From NCBI GenBank assembly GCA_050245995.1, contig JBFWWV010000014.1, positions 73,893 to 137,892 of the forward strand: 64,000 nucleotides of DNA, written 5' to 3'. Numbering within the stretch: position 1 is the first letter of the stretch; each line of letters opens with the position of its first letter. The translations under genes were made by a program, and so were the position numbers. Positions 31,439-42,200 of this stretch are shown in pieces. This DNA comes from Planctomycetota bacterium (lineage in GTDB: Bacteria; Planctomycetota; UBA1135; UBA2386). The notes beneath the pieces were generated by a model that did no database searches, had not been told where the DNA came from, and saw nothing but the letters and a program-made list of their open reading frames with translations.

Positions 31439-31987
31439 ATGCGAGAGTTCCTGGGTCCCCACCGACAGCCCGGGCTGGAGCAGGCCCGGACGGGCATCAT
31501 CGCCCCCAAGCCGATTCCGCTCGAGTCGGGCACGCGGCTCTACCGGTTCGCCAACCGCCTCACCCACGGCTGGGACCATCGGGCCGGGCCCTGGTGGATC
31601 GACGAGACTGCCTTCGAACGGATCGTCGCGCGGGCCGAGCGCGCCGGCGTCGACCTCGCCAGCAAGGCGCGCTGGGACCTGGCGATCCTGCCGGCCTGGG
31701 AGCGCTCGATGGACCTGCTGCTGCAGGCGCGTGTGACCGCCCGACTGTGGGCCTGGACGGGCCTCGCCAAGCCGCAGCAGCAGACCCTGCACGACCGGAT
31801 GCTGCGCATGTTCGGCAACCGCGACATCCGCCAGCTCTACCTGATCGGTGTCGCGGACCTGACCGACGGAGTCGGGGTCGGCGACCCGAACGACCGGGCG
31901 ATGCGCGCACCGATGCCGACGCAGTTGGCGCGGCAGCACCTGGCAATCATCGGCGCCAAGCACATCCGCGGCGCGACGCTGCCCTGA
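31439..31987 (+). CDS. Hypothetical protein
   Basis: 182 aa ORF with protein-like composition (LYRF, GPWW, LAILPAW, KPQ, QLYL). Confidence 0.65.
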   Translation: MREFLGPHRQPGLEQARTGIIAPKPIPLESGTRLYRFANRLTHGWDHRAGPWWIDETAFERIVARAERAGVDLASKARWDLAILPAWERSMDLLLQARVTARLWAWTGLAKPQQQTLHDRMLRMFGNRDIRQLYLIGVADLTDGVGVGDPNDRAMRAPMPTQLARQHLAIIGAKHIRGATLP

Positions 31988-32014
31988 GGATCGCGCCCTG
32001 AGGATCGCGCCCTG
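31981..32014. repeat. 14-bp tandem duplication
   Basis: GCCCTGAGGATCGC x2 plus GCCCTG, spanning the stop codon of the upstream ORF. Confidence 0.85.
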
Positions 32015-32146
32015 CTGGTCCGGCCCAGGGTCCGACCCGGAGGGTTCACCCACAACGCCCGATCCCGAGCACCCTTCGCCGCGCGTGGTGCCCGCGGACG
32101 GACCGAGGACGATGCTGCGAGCGCCCCGGGCGCCGTCGCCGGCTCG

Positions 32147-33739
32147 TCAGTAGCCGACCGCGCGCAGCGCGTGCCGCGCCTCTTCGCCGGTGCGGCCCTT
32201 GTGGCGCTGCGCGAGGTGCTGCAGCAGATCCTGGCCGAAGCGGCGCTCGGGGCCGACGGTGTCGGCGAAGTAGGTCGCCAGCTTCAGCATGTGCTCGGGC
32301 TGCATCGAGGTGTCCTTCTTCAGGCGCTCCATCAGCGGGAAGCCCGCGCGCAGCAGCACGGTGAAGAAGCCCATCGCCGGATTGCCCGGGGTGTCGTCCT
32401 CGACGTTGGGCCGCGCCGCGTCCTGCAGGAAGCGGGTGGCGGCGAGCTGGTAGCGGCCCTCGTCGTCGAGCAGGTCGGCCGCGGCCAGCCGCGCGAGGAC
32501 GTGCAGCGCCTCGGCGAAGCGCCGGCTGCGGCGCCAGCGCAGCGCCTTGTCGAGCAGGAACGGCACGATCTTCTGGCCGGCGGACGCGAGCGCCACGTCG
32601 AGCATCAGGTCGGCGATCAGCGCCTTCTGCGGCAGCAGCTTGGTCGCGCGCTCGGCGATCGAGCGCACGTGCTTGGGGCCGAGCAGCGAGCCCAGGCGTC
32701 CGAGGATGCCGCCGAGGCGCCTGGCGTCGACGGGGTCCTTGGCCAGCTGCAGCAGACGCAACACCGGCTCGATCGCGTGCTTGCTGGTGCCCAGCACGTC
32801 CTCGGCGGCGGCGCGGAACCGCGGGTCGTCGTGGTCGCGCAGCTTCAGCGCGAGCTTGATGAGCTCGGGCGTCGGCGAGCTCTTCATCGCGCGGAGCGCG
32901 AACAGGCGCTGCTCCTGGTTGCGCGACGCCAGCAGGCGCTTCAGGGGCGCCGCGAGGCCGTCGGGCCACTTCGGCATCGCCGTCAGCACCCGGCGGATCG
33001 AGTCGTGCAGCGCCTGGTGCTGCGCGTCCTCGAGCTGCGCCAGGAGCCCCTTGGCCTGCAGGGCGGTGAGCTGCTGTCCGGCCAGCGCCTCGAGCGCGGC
33101 CTGGCGCAACGCCGGCGGCGACTTCTCGCCGATGTGCTGCATCAGCACCGCCTTGCCGCCGTTCGGATCGACGTGGGCGACGACGCCGAGCATGGCGGCG
33201 AGCGACGTCTCCGGCAGCGGCTGCTCCATCGCCTTGACCAGCGCGTCGCGCAGCCCCTTGCGGACGGCGTCGTCCATGTCCTCGACCGCGTCGACGACGA
33301 AGGTCGCCGCCTCGTCGCAGGTCTCGGCCGCTGCCAGGGCGTGGACGAATGCCTCGACCGACTGCTTGGAGGGTTCCCGCGCAAGCACTTGCAGCAGGCG
33401 AATCCGGCGATCCGGCGGCGCTTCGGCGAACGCCTCGCCGATCGGGCCGTGGGCGGCGCGACCGGACTCCGCCAGGAGGTGCGATGCTTGATCGACCAAC
33501 GACTCGTGCTCGATGAGCGCGTGCACCACTACCCGCAGCGCTTCGGTCGAACCGATCCGTGCCAGGGCCTCGAGGACGTATCGCCCGAGCACCGGCGATC
33601 GAGCCGCCGAGCCCGCCAACGCCTTCACGACCGCAGCGTCCTTGACCTGCAGCTCGCCGAGGATCTGGGCGGCCGCGATCTGCAGCTCGGGTCGACCGCC
33701 TTCGAGGACGCCGACGATTTGCTTTACGGTGTCGTTCAT
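32147..33739 (-). CDS. HEAT-repeat protein
   Basis: AAAQILGEL, LEALARIG, LRQAALEAL, FRAAAEDVLG helical repeats. Confidence 0.75.
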   Translation of the reverse strand: MNDTVKQIVGVLEGGRPELQIAAAQILGELQVKDAAVVKALAGSAARSPVLGRYVLEALARIGSTEALRVVVHALIEHESLVDQASHLLAESGRAAHGPIGEAFAEAPPDRRIRLLQVLAREPSKQSVEAFVHALAAAETCDEAATFVVDAVEDMDDAVRKGLRDALVKAMEQPLPETSLAAMLGVVAHVDPNGGKAVLMQHIGEKSPPALRQAALEALAGQQLTALQAKGLLAQLEDAQHQALHDSIRRVLTAMPKWPDGLAAPLKRLLASRNQEQRLFALRAMKSSPTPELIKLALKLRDHDDPRFRAAAEDVLGTSKHAIEPVLRLLQLAKDPVDARRLGGILGRLGSLLGPKHVRSIAERATKLLPQKALIADLMLDVALASAGQKIVPFLLDKALRWRRSRRFAEALHVLARLAAADLLDDEGRYQLAATRFLQDAARPNVEDDTPGNPAMGFFTVLLRAGFPLMERLKKDTSMQPEHMLKLATYFADTVGPERRFGQDLLQHLAQRHKGRTGEEARHALRAVGY

Positions 33740-34085
33740 TCGCGCTGCTGCCCTGGCCCTACTTCCGTCGCGTGGCGATGTCCGACGGTCCGAGCCCCGG
33801 GAGCGCGCGGATTATGACAAACCGCCGGGCCGGCGCCAAGCGCAGTCAAGCGCCGCGACCAGAATGTGTGGAAAGTCCATGGACAATGGGCCGCCATCGC
33901 ACCGAAATCACTCCAATGGAAGGATTAATGTTCGCCGGAGCGGATCGGGACGGAGCCAAAGGCGGCCCGGAGGCCGACTGCAGCAGCGGGCCGCACCATT
34001 GCAAATGCGGCGGCGGAGCCACGCGTTGGAGCCGGCGGTCCCTGTGGCGTCCCGCCGTGCCTCCTCCTAGGCTTCCGCGCCTCAC

Positions 34086-35270
34086 TTGCGCCTGCTCGTC
34101 GTCGCCCCCTTCCTGCCGGACCCGGCCGCAGCCCACGGTGGCGGTATGTACCTGGGCGCTCTGTGCGACGCGCTGGCGCAGCGGGCCGAACTGGGCCTCG
34201 TCGCCCAACTCCGCCCTGCCGAAATGGCGCACCTCGCCCGCGAAGCCGGCCCATTCCGCTTCACCGCGCCGGTGGCCCTGGCCGAGCGTCCGCGCGGCCT
34301 CGCCCTCGCGGCGCACCAGGCGAGCATGCTGTTCCGGTGGGGCCTCCGGGGCACGCCGCTCTTGGTCGCGAAGCACCAGAGCCGGGCGATGGGCGCGGCC
34401 GTCCGCCGCGCGGTCGCCGAGTTCCGGCCGGACGCTGCGCTGGTCGAGCTGGCGCAGACCGCACAGTACCTGCCGTGCCTCGACGGGGTGCCCACGGTCC
34501 TGACCGATCACGAGGGCGGGATCCCGGCCAACGCCACCACCGACCTGGGCGGCTGGGCCGACCGTCGCGACGTGCGCCTGTGGCGGGCCTACGTCGCCGC
34601 CTACTACCCGCGGGCCGACCTGGTGCAGGCGGTCACCGACGAAGACGGCGCCCAGCTGCGCGCGATGCTCGGCCGCCCGGTGGCGACGCGCCTGCCCGTG
34701 GTGCGGATGCCGTCGCACCCCGCCGCGAAGACCCGTACCCCGCCGCGCGCGCTGTTCCTCGGCAACTACCGCCATCGCCCGAACCCGGAGGCGGCGGAGG
34801 TGCTCGCGCGGGACGTGCTGCCGCGGCTGCGCGAGCGAATGCCCGATGCCGAGCTGTGGCTCGCCGGCCCCCACCCCGAACGGCTGCCGTCGATCGGCCA
34901 CCTCCCCGGCGTGCGCGTGGTCGGGTTCGTCGAGGACCTCGCCGGCCTGTTCGCGCAGGTGCGCCTGCTGCTGGCGCCGCTGTTCTCCGGCGGCGGCTTC
35001 CGCATGAAGGCGCTGTCGGCGATGGCCCACGGCGTGCCGGTCGTGACCAATGCCCTCGGCGCGCGCGGCTTCGCCGTGCCCGAGCCCGCGCGCACCGTGG
35101 CGGAGGGGACCGATGCGCTGGTGCAGGCGGCGCTGGCCCTGCTCGAGGACCCGCGCCACGCGGCGGCCGCGGGCAAGGCCGCGCACCGGTGGGCCGCGGC
35201 CAACCTGTCGCCGGAGGCCGTCGCGGCGACGCAGCTCGAGCGCATCCAGACGCTGCTGGTCGCGCGCTGA
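34086..35270 (+). CDS. GT4 family glycosyltransferase
   Basis: MRLLVVAPFLP, LFLGNYRHRPN, GFVEDL, GGGFRMKALSAMAHGVPVV. Confidence 0.85.
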   Translation: MRLLVVAPFLPDPAAAHGGGMYLGALCDALAQRAELGLVAQLRPAEMAHLAREAGPFRFTAPVALAERPRGLALAAHQASMLFRWGLRGTPLLVAKHQSRAMGAAVRRAVAEFRPDAALVELAQTAQYLPCLDGVPTVLTDHEGGIPANATTDLGGWADRRDVRLWRAYVAAYYPRADLVQAVTDEDGAQLRAMLGRPVATRLPVVRMPSHPAAKTRTPPRALFLGNYRHRPNPEAAEVLARDVLPRLRERMPDAELWLAGPHPERLPSIGHLPGVRVVGFVEDLAGLFAQVRLLLAPLFSGGGFRMKALSAMAHGVPVVTNALGARGFAVPEPARTVAEGTDALVQAALALLEDPRHAAAAGKAAHRWAAANLSPEAVAATQLERIQTLLVAR

Positions 35271-35295
35271 CGCCGGCGGTCCGCCGCGGTCCCGG

Positions 35296-37248
35296 TCAGG
35301 CGACCGCGGCGCCGCGCGGGCGAAGGACGAGGCGGACCACCTCGCCGCCGTCGCCGGTGCCGTCGCTTCCGCCGGTGCCGCCGCTGCTCCCGCCGGAGCC
35401 GCCGCCGCGGTTCCCGCCGCGGTTGCCGCGTCCGCTGCCGCGGCGCTGGCGCAGGTCCTCCAGGTCGAGCTGCACCTTCACGGCCTGGTCGCCGCGCTTC
35501 AGCTCCAGCTCCATGAACTTCTCGCCCTCGAGCTCGCGCAGGATCTGGAAGATCTCGTGCATCGCCGTGAGCTCCTCGCCCTGTGCCTTGGTGAGCACGT
35601 CGCCCTTCTGGATCCCCATCTTGTCGGCGCGGCCGTCCTTGGTCACCTCGGTGAACGTGAAGCCGTCCAGTTCGGCGTCGAACAGCGCCTGGCCGTAGCT
35701 CCGCGCCTGGCGGCCGCGCTCGCGCTGCACGACGCCGCTGCGGTCCAGCAGCTCCGGCAGGTTGGCGGTGCCGAGCGCAGCCAGCGCGACGACCGTGCTG
35801 GTGTGCGCCTGGTACTCCGGGATCGCCACGTCGAGGCGATCCCACTGCGTGTGCCAGGTGTGCCGGAAGTAGTCGCTGCGGCCCTTCAGGCTCCAGTTCA
35901 GGCCGGGCACGCCGGCGGCGATGAACGACGCGTGGTCGCTGCCGCCGCCGCCGCTGATCGTCGGGCTCTTGCGCAGCACGAACGTCGGCCCCTCGTGGTC
36001 GGCGTCGGGCGCGGTCAGCGCCTGCATCGGCGCGGTCACCCGCAGCATCGGCTCGTACATGGTCTCCGCGACCGTCAGCGCCGCCGCCCAGTTGGTGCCG
36101 GTGTCGTGGTTGAACACCGCGGACACCTTCTCCATCTCGGTGCGGTGCATCTTCACGTAGGCGCCGCTGCCGAGCAGCCCCTGCTCCTCGCCGCCCCACA
36201 GGCAGAAACGGATCGTGCGCTTGGGCCGGGCGCCGATCGCCGACAGGATGCGCGCGGCCTCCATGGTCGAGGTCGCGCCGGTGCCGTTGTCGGTGCAGCC
36301 CTGCGCCTGGTGCCACGAATCGAGGTGGCCGCAGACGATCACCACCTCGTCGGGCTTCTCGGTGCCCGGGATCTCGGCGATGACGTTGTAGAGCGGGATG
36401 CCGCCGTCGCGGAACTCGCTGTCGACCTGGAACTCGCAGACGACCGCCTCGCCGTCGTCGAGCAGCTTCTGCAGCCGCTCCGCGTGGTCCTGCTGCACGA
36501 CGATCGAGGGCACGGTCGGCACCTTGTCGATGCTGCCCATGGCGGTCCGATGGTCGCCGAACACGCGCACCCGCGTCGGGTACGCCTTGTCGTCGGGCTG
36601 GCCCGACGCCGGCGAGACCCAGCCGGCGATGCCGCGCTGCTCGCAGTACTCGCGCACTGCCTTGGGCGGCCGGCGGTCGAAGAACAGGAACGCCCCCCGC
36701 AGATCCTCGCCGAGCGCGGCGGCGGCCAGCTCATCGGCGGGCGCCTGCAGCACGCGCCCGCGACGCAGCCCGTCGGTCGACGCGGTCCACGCCTCGGTCG
36801 CCACGTACATCGGGAAGAAGTACGGCTCGACGATCCGGCCCTGCCACTCGCCGCGGTTCCACGCCAGCCGCCACTCGCCCCACTTCTCCTTGTGGACGTT
36901 CTCGAGCCCCATCGACGAGAACTCGGCGACCGCCCAGTCGCAGGCGCGCGTGAAGTTGTCCGAGCCGGTCAGGCGTTGGCCGATGCTCGTGAGATCGCGC
37001 AGCAGGTGCATCGCGTGCGAGCGCTGGATGCCCTCGGTGCGGATCGCCTCGGCGGTGGCCTCGTCGACGACCGGGGTGACGTCCGTCAGGGTCGCCCCAG
37101 CAGACGACTCGCCGGCCGACTCGGCGACCGCGGGCTCCTGCGCCCCGATCGGCGGCGACAGGACCGGCAGCGTCAGCAGCGGCAGGACCAGCAGGCCGGC
37201 CAACGACGGGAAGGACGGGAGAACGCGACGCAGGATCGACTGGGCCAT
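35296..37248 (-). CDS. Secreted M28 peptidase (carboxypeptidase Q-like) with C-terminal PDZ-like domain
   Basis: IGQRLTGS, GHLDSW, TDNGTG, WGGEEQGLLGS, GSDH, WHTQWD; ADKMGIQKGDV. Confidence 0.88.
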   Translation of the reverse strand: MAQSILRRVLPSFPSLAGLLVLPLLTLPVLSPPIGAQEPAVAESAGESSAGATLTDVTPVVDEATAEAIRTEGIQRSHAMHLLRDLTSIGQRLTGSDNFTRACDWAVAEFSSMGLENVHKEKWGEWRLAWNRGEWQGRIVEPYFFPMYVATEAWTASTDGLRRGRVLQAPADELAAAALGEDLRGAFLFFDRRPPKAVREYCEQRGIAGWVSPASGQPDDKAYPTRVRVFGDHRTAMGSIDKVPTVPSIVVQQDHAERLQKLLDDGEAVVCEFQVDSEFRDGGIPLYNVIAEIPGTEKPDEVVIVCGHLDSWHQAQGCTDNGTGATSTMEAARILSAIGARPKRTIRFCLWGGEEQGLLGSGAYVKMHRTEMEKVSAVFNHDTGTNWAAALTVAETMYEPMLRVTAPMQALTAPDADHEGPTFVLRKSPTISGGGGSDHASFIAAGVPGLNWSLKGRSDYFRHTWHTQWDRLDVAIPEYQAHTSTVVALAALGTANLPELLDRSGVVQRERGRQARSYGQALFDAELDGFTFTEVTKDGRADKMGIQKGDVLTKAQGEELTAMHEIFQILRELEGEKFMELELKRGDQAVKVQLDLEDLRQRRGSGRGNRGGNRGGGSGGSSGGTGGSDGTGDGGEVVRLVLRPRGAAVA

Positions 37249-37416
37249 GGGGTTGGGTCTGGGGCCGGACCAATACGGCCCGCGCGGCCGAGATGTTAGT
37301 GCCGGTCCGGCGCCAGGCGCGTCACCGACCGGTCATTCGTGGTCGGCATTCGCGGTCGGCGCGGTCCGGGCCCGGGCCCGCCGCGGACCGCCGCGGAGAC
37401 GACGACCTCGCGGCCG

Positions 37417-38733
37417 CTACAGGTAGGGCCGCAGCGCCTGCCGCATCTCGCGGTCGGCCGGACCGAGGTCGAAGTCGGTGAACCCCCGCCGCAGATAGTC
37501 GGCGAAGTAGGCCCGGAGCTCGCCCGCGGTGCGGGCGCCGCCGTTGTCGCCGAACTTGGTCACGAACGGCGTGAAGTGCGGATACAGCGCATCGGCGCCC
37601 TGCTTGCCCCACCAGTCGCCGTGCATCGTGGTGCGCATGAAGTTGCCGATCAGGAGGTCGTCGAACGCGTTCCACTCCACCGCCTGCATCAGCGAGTTGC
37701 GCGGCACGGCGAAGGTGATGCCGCGGCGGTGCACCTTCTCGATGTCCAGAGTGTGGTCCTTGCCGCCGACCCGGAACGTCAGGTGGCCGAGGAACGTGCG
37801 CAGGTGCTCGAAGCGCCCGAAGTAGCGCCGCAGCGCCTCGACGTCGGCGACCTCGAGCGGCGTGCTCCAGTCGTCGCCGAACTCGGCGGGCTCCGCCGTC
37901 ACGCCGGCGTTCGACGGCGGGTCGATGCACGAGTGCTCGTCCCGGATCAGGTCGTAGCGCAGGAACGCCGGCAGGCAGCGCGCGCGATCGGAGACGAAGC
38001 CCTTGTCGTACTGGTCCTCCGGCGTGATGCACTCGTTGGCCCACAGGCTGTCGGTGCGCTGGTAGCGGTGCTGACTGCTCGACGGCAGGTAGTTCCCGAT
38101 GCCGTAGCCGTGCAGCACCTCGGCGACCTGGGGCCCGACCGGCTGGTGCTGCATCGCCAGCGGCGGCACGCGGTTGCCCTGCTCGTCGAAGAAGTTGATC
38201 ATGTCGGCATCGCCGTAGCCGAGCAGGCACGCGAGGAACGTCTGCTTGGAGAACCGCGGCAGCTCCCGCTGCAGGAAGGCGCGCGCGCCGCGATCGCCGG
38301 CGTCGTTGGCGTCGATGATCAGGTGGCCGTCGAGGTCGACCAGCAGCACCGCGTCCTGGTTGTAGTTGGCGATGCAGGCGACGCGCAGCCGCGGCGTCAG
38401 CTGCTGCCACTCGCCGCAGCGCAGGACCTGGACCTTGAACCCCATGCCGCGCAGGTCGTCGGCGACGCGGCTGCCGTGGTGATCGGGCAGCAGCAGCTGC
38501 TTGTCGCGCAGCTTCTCGAGCGACGGCAGGCTCAGGTGGTCCGGATGCCCGTGCGAGATCCACAGCCACTTGCACGCGGCCACGTGCGCCTGCTGCTCGG
38601 GCGGCACCTGATGCGACAGGATCCACGAGCCGAAGTACGCCGACCCGGACAGCCACGGGTCGGTCGCGAGCACCGGGCCGTTGTCGTGGAAGATCAGACA
38701 CGCGTTGCCGATCGTCTCGAAGCCGAGGTCCAT
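37417..38733 (-). CDS. Metallo-beta-lactamase-fold hydrolase (alternative start 38742)
   Basis: GNACL, TDPWL.GSAYFGSW, SHGHPDH, DAND. Confidence 0.8.
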   Translation of the reverse strand: MDLGFETIGNACLIFHDNGPVLATDPWLSGSAYFGSWILSHQVPPEQQAHVAACKWLWISHGHPDHLSLPSLEKLRDKQLLLPDHHGSRVADDLRGMGFKVQVLRCGEWQQLTPRLRVACIANYNQDAVLLVDLDGHLIIDANDAGDRGARAFLQRELPRFSKQTFLACLLGYGDADMINFFDEQGNRVPPLAMQHQPVGPQVAEVLHGYGIGNYLPSSSQHRYQRTDSLWANECITPEDQYDKGFVSDRARCLPAFLRYDLIRDEHSCIDPPSNAGVTAEPAEFGDDWSTPLEVADVEALRRYFGRFEHLRTFLGHLTFRVGGKDHTLDIEKVHRRGITFAVPRNSLMQAVEWNAFDDLLIGNFMRTTMHGDWWGKQGADALYPHFTPFVTKFGDNGGARTAGELRAYFADYLRRGFTDFDLGPADREMRQALRPYL

Positions 38734-38923
38734 GCCGTCCATGATGGACGGTTTATCGGCAACGGGGCCCGGCCACCACGACGGCACGCCCCGCGCTACC
38801 ACTCGGGCGGGCAACACCTCGCGCTCCCGCCTCCTGCCGCGCGCGTTTCCCGCCGGACCACCCGCGAGGAACGCACCCGCGACCGGTAGCCTGGATGGCG
38901 CATCCACCCGAGGACCGCACCCG

Positions 38924-39211
38924 ATGGCCATCAGACGCCGCAAACCCCGCCCGGTCACCGCGCCCAAGGAGCATCCCAACGCCGCCGTCGTCCCGGAGGG
39001 CGCCCGACCATGCCCCATCTGCGGTGTCCCCATGACCACCTCCCGACGCGGCGACGACGCCATCGATGTCTGTGAGGAGCACGGCGTCTGGCTCGATCGG
39101 TTCGAACTGGAACGCATGTGTCTGCGGCGGGCCAGGGCGGCGGGGCGCCGCGTGCAGCGGGCGCGGAAGGAGGGGCAACTGGCGGGCTTCTTCTGGGGCG
39201 TCCTGATCTGA
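38924..39211 (+). CDS. Small zinc-ribbon (zf-TFIIB-like) protein
   Basis: CPIC...M...IDVCEEHGVWLD..EL. Confidence 0.75.
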   Translation: MAIRRRKPRPVTAPKEHPNAAVVPEGARPCPICGVPMTTSRRGDDAIDVCEEHGVWLDRFELERMCLRRARAAGRRVQRARKEGQLAGFFWGVLI

Positions 39212-39278
39212 CGGCGGCCACGCGCCGCATCGGGTGACCGCCCGCGCCGCGCCCCGCTCTGCTACAGTCCGCACACCG

Positions 39279-42200
39279 ATGGATCCGCTGACCGCTTTCC
39301 ATCCCACCGTCGCGCGCTGGTTCGCCGAGACCCTCGGCGCCCCATCGGCGCCACAACAGCAGGGCTGGCCGGCGATCGGGCAGGGCGGCCACGTGCTGAT
39401 CGCGGCGCCGACCGGGTCCGGCAAGACCATGGCGGCGTTCCTGCACGCGCTCGACCGGCTGCTGGTCGCGGGCTCGGCGCTGCCGGACGCGACCCAGGTC
39501 GTCTACGTGTCGCCGCTGAAGGCGCTGTCGAACGACGTCCAGAAGAACCTGCAGCGGCCGCTCGCCGAGCTGCGCGCGCGCGACCCGTCGCTGCCCGAGG
39601 TGCGCGTCGCGGTGCGCACCGGCGACACCCCCGCGCACGAGCGCCAGGCGATGCTGCGCCGTCCGCCGCACATCGTCGTGACCACGCCGGAGTCGCTGTA
39701 CCTGCTGCTGACGACGCAGCGCGGCCGGCAGGTGCTGGGGAGCGTGCGCACCGTGATCGTCGACGAGATCCACGCGCTGGCGCGCGACAAGCGCGGCAGC
39801 CACCTGGCGCTGTCGATCGAACGGCTCGACCGCCTGGTCGGCCAGCACGGCGGTGCCCTGCAGCGCATCGGCCTGTCGGCGACGCAGAAGCCGATCGAGG
39901 ACACCGCCGCGCTCCTGTGCGGGCACCGCGACGGCGCGCCGCGCCCGTGCACGATCGTCGACACCGGCCACCGCCGCGAGCTCGACCTGGCGCTCGAAGT
40001 CCCCGGCGCGCCGCTGGGCGTGGTGTGCTCGACCGAGACCTGGGCCGAGGTGTTCGAGCGCATGACGGCGCTGATCGAGCAGCACCGCACCACGCTGGTG
40101 TTCGCCAACACGCGCAAGATGACCGAGCGCATCGCCGCGCGCCTGGGCGAACGCCTCGGCAACGAGCACGTCACCAGCCACCACGGCTCGCTGTCGCGGC
40201 AGCGCCGGCTCGACGCCGAGCAACGCCTGAAGGACGGCCGGCTCAAGGCGCTGGTCGCCACCGCCTCGCTCGAGCTCGGCATCGACATCGGCGACGTCGA
40301 CCTGGTGCTGCAGGTCGGCCCGACGCCGACGATCGCGACGTTCCTGCAGCGGGTCGGCCGCGCCGGCCACGCGCTCGGCCGCGTCCCCAAGGGCCGCCTG
40401 TTCCCGCTGACCCGCGACGAGCTGGCGGCGTCGGCGGCGCTGCTGCTGGCGGTGCGGCGCGGCGACCTGGACCGGACCCTGCAGCCCGAGGCGCCGCTCG
40501 ACATCCTGGCCCAGCAGGCGGTGGCGGCGTGCTGCGACGAGACCTTCGACGAGGACGAGCTGTTCCAGCTGGCCCGGCGGTCGCACCCGTTCCGGCGCCT
40601 CGACCGCGGCGACTTCGACAAGGTGCTCGCGCTGCACGCGCAGGGCCGCGCGGCGCTGCTGCACCGCGACCCGGTGCACCGCCGCGTGCGCGGAACACGC
40701 CGGGCGCGGCTGTGCGCGATCACCTGCGGCGGCGCGATCCCCGACAACGCCGACTACCGCGTGGTGCTCGACCACGACGACACGCCGGTCGGCTCGGTGC
40801 ACGAGGACTTCGCGATCGAGTCGTCGGTCGGCGACGTGTTCCAGCTCGGCAACGCCAGCTGGCAGGTGCGCCGCGTCGGCCAGGGCACCGTGCGCGTCGC
40901 CGACGCGAACGGCGCGCCGCCGACGCTGCCGTTCTGGATCGGCGAGGCGCCGTCGCGCAGCCGGGAGCTGGCGCAGGCGGTCGGCGACGTCCGCCGCCAC
41001 GGCGAGGACCCGGCCTGGCTCGCCGCGCACTGCGGCCTCGGCGACGCGGCGGCCGAACAGCTGGCCGAGTACCTGCGCGCGGGGCGCGCGGCGCTGGGTG
41101 CGGTGCCGACGCCGGACTGCTTGGTGCTCGAGCGCTTCTTCGACGAATCGGGCGGCCAGCAACTCGTGCTGCACAGCCCGCTCGGCAGCCGCCTGAACCG
41201 CGCGTTCGGCCTGGCGCTGCGCAAGCGGTTCTGCACCGGCTTCGGCTTCGAGCTGCAGGCCGCCGCCAACGAGGAGGCGCTGCTCATCTCCCTGGGCCCG
41301 ATGCACAGCTTCGCGCTGGCCGAGGTCTGGGACTACCTGCATCCCGACACCGCCCGCGACGTCCTCGTGCAGGCGCTGCTGCCGGCGCCGATGTTCCAGG
41401 CGCGCTGGCGCTGGAACGTCACGCGCGCGCTGGTGGTCGAGCGCGCGCGCAAGGGCCAGCGCGTGCCGGCGCCGCTGCTGCGATTCCGCGCCGACGACGC
41501 GCTGGTGGCCGCGTTCCCGCAGGCACAGGCGTGCCCGGAGACGCTGCCGCCCGGGCCGATCGAGGTGCCGATGGACCACCCGCTGGTGGCGCAGACGATC
41601 GGTGACTGCCTGCAGGAGGCGATGGACATCGACGGGTTCCTCGGACTGCTGCGGCGGATCCGCCGCCGCGACCAGGACCTCGAGCTGCACGCGATCGACA
41701 CCAACACGCCGTCGCCGTTCGCCGAGGGCATCCTCAACGCGATGCCGTACGCGTTCCTCGACGACGCGCCGCTCGAGGAGCGCCGCACGCAGGCCGTGGT
41801 CACGGCGCAGCGCGGCGCGCGGGCCCAGACGGGCGCCGAGCACGACCTCGACCCGGACGCCGTGGCGCTGGTGCAGAAGGAGGCATGGCCCGACCCGACG
41901 TCGGCCGAGGAGCTGCACGAGGTGCTCGGCTGGGTCGGCTGGCTGGAGGACGGCGAGGTCGCGCCGGCGTGGCGGCCGTGGCTCGACGAGCTGGCCGCCG
42001 ACGGCCGCGCGGTGCGCGACGCCGACCGCTGGTTCGCGCACGGGCAGGACCGCGCGCCGACCTCGCTGTGGAGCGGCCGCCTCGAAGCGGTGCTGCCGGT
42101 GTTCGTCGACGCGCTCCCCGACGACGACCGGCAGGCGCTGCTCGAGCTCGAGACCGAGGGGCTGGCGATGCGCGCGCGCATGGCCGGTCGCGACGTGATC

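Noticed and set aside
35340-35445. Low-complexity GCC-rich repeats
   Set aside because: Encodes the Gly/Ser-rich tail of the M28 peptidase, in frame
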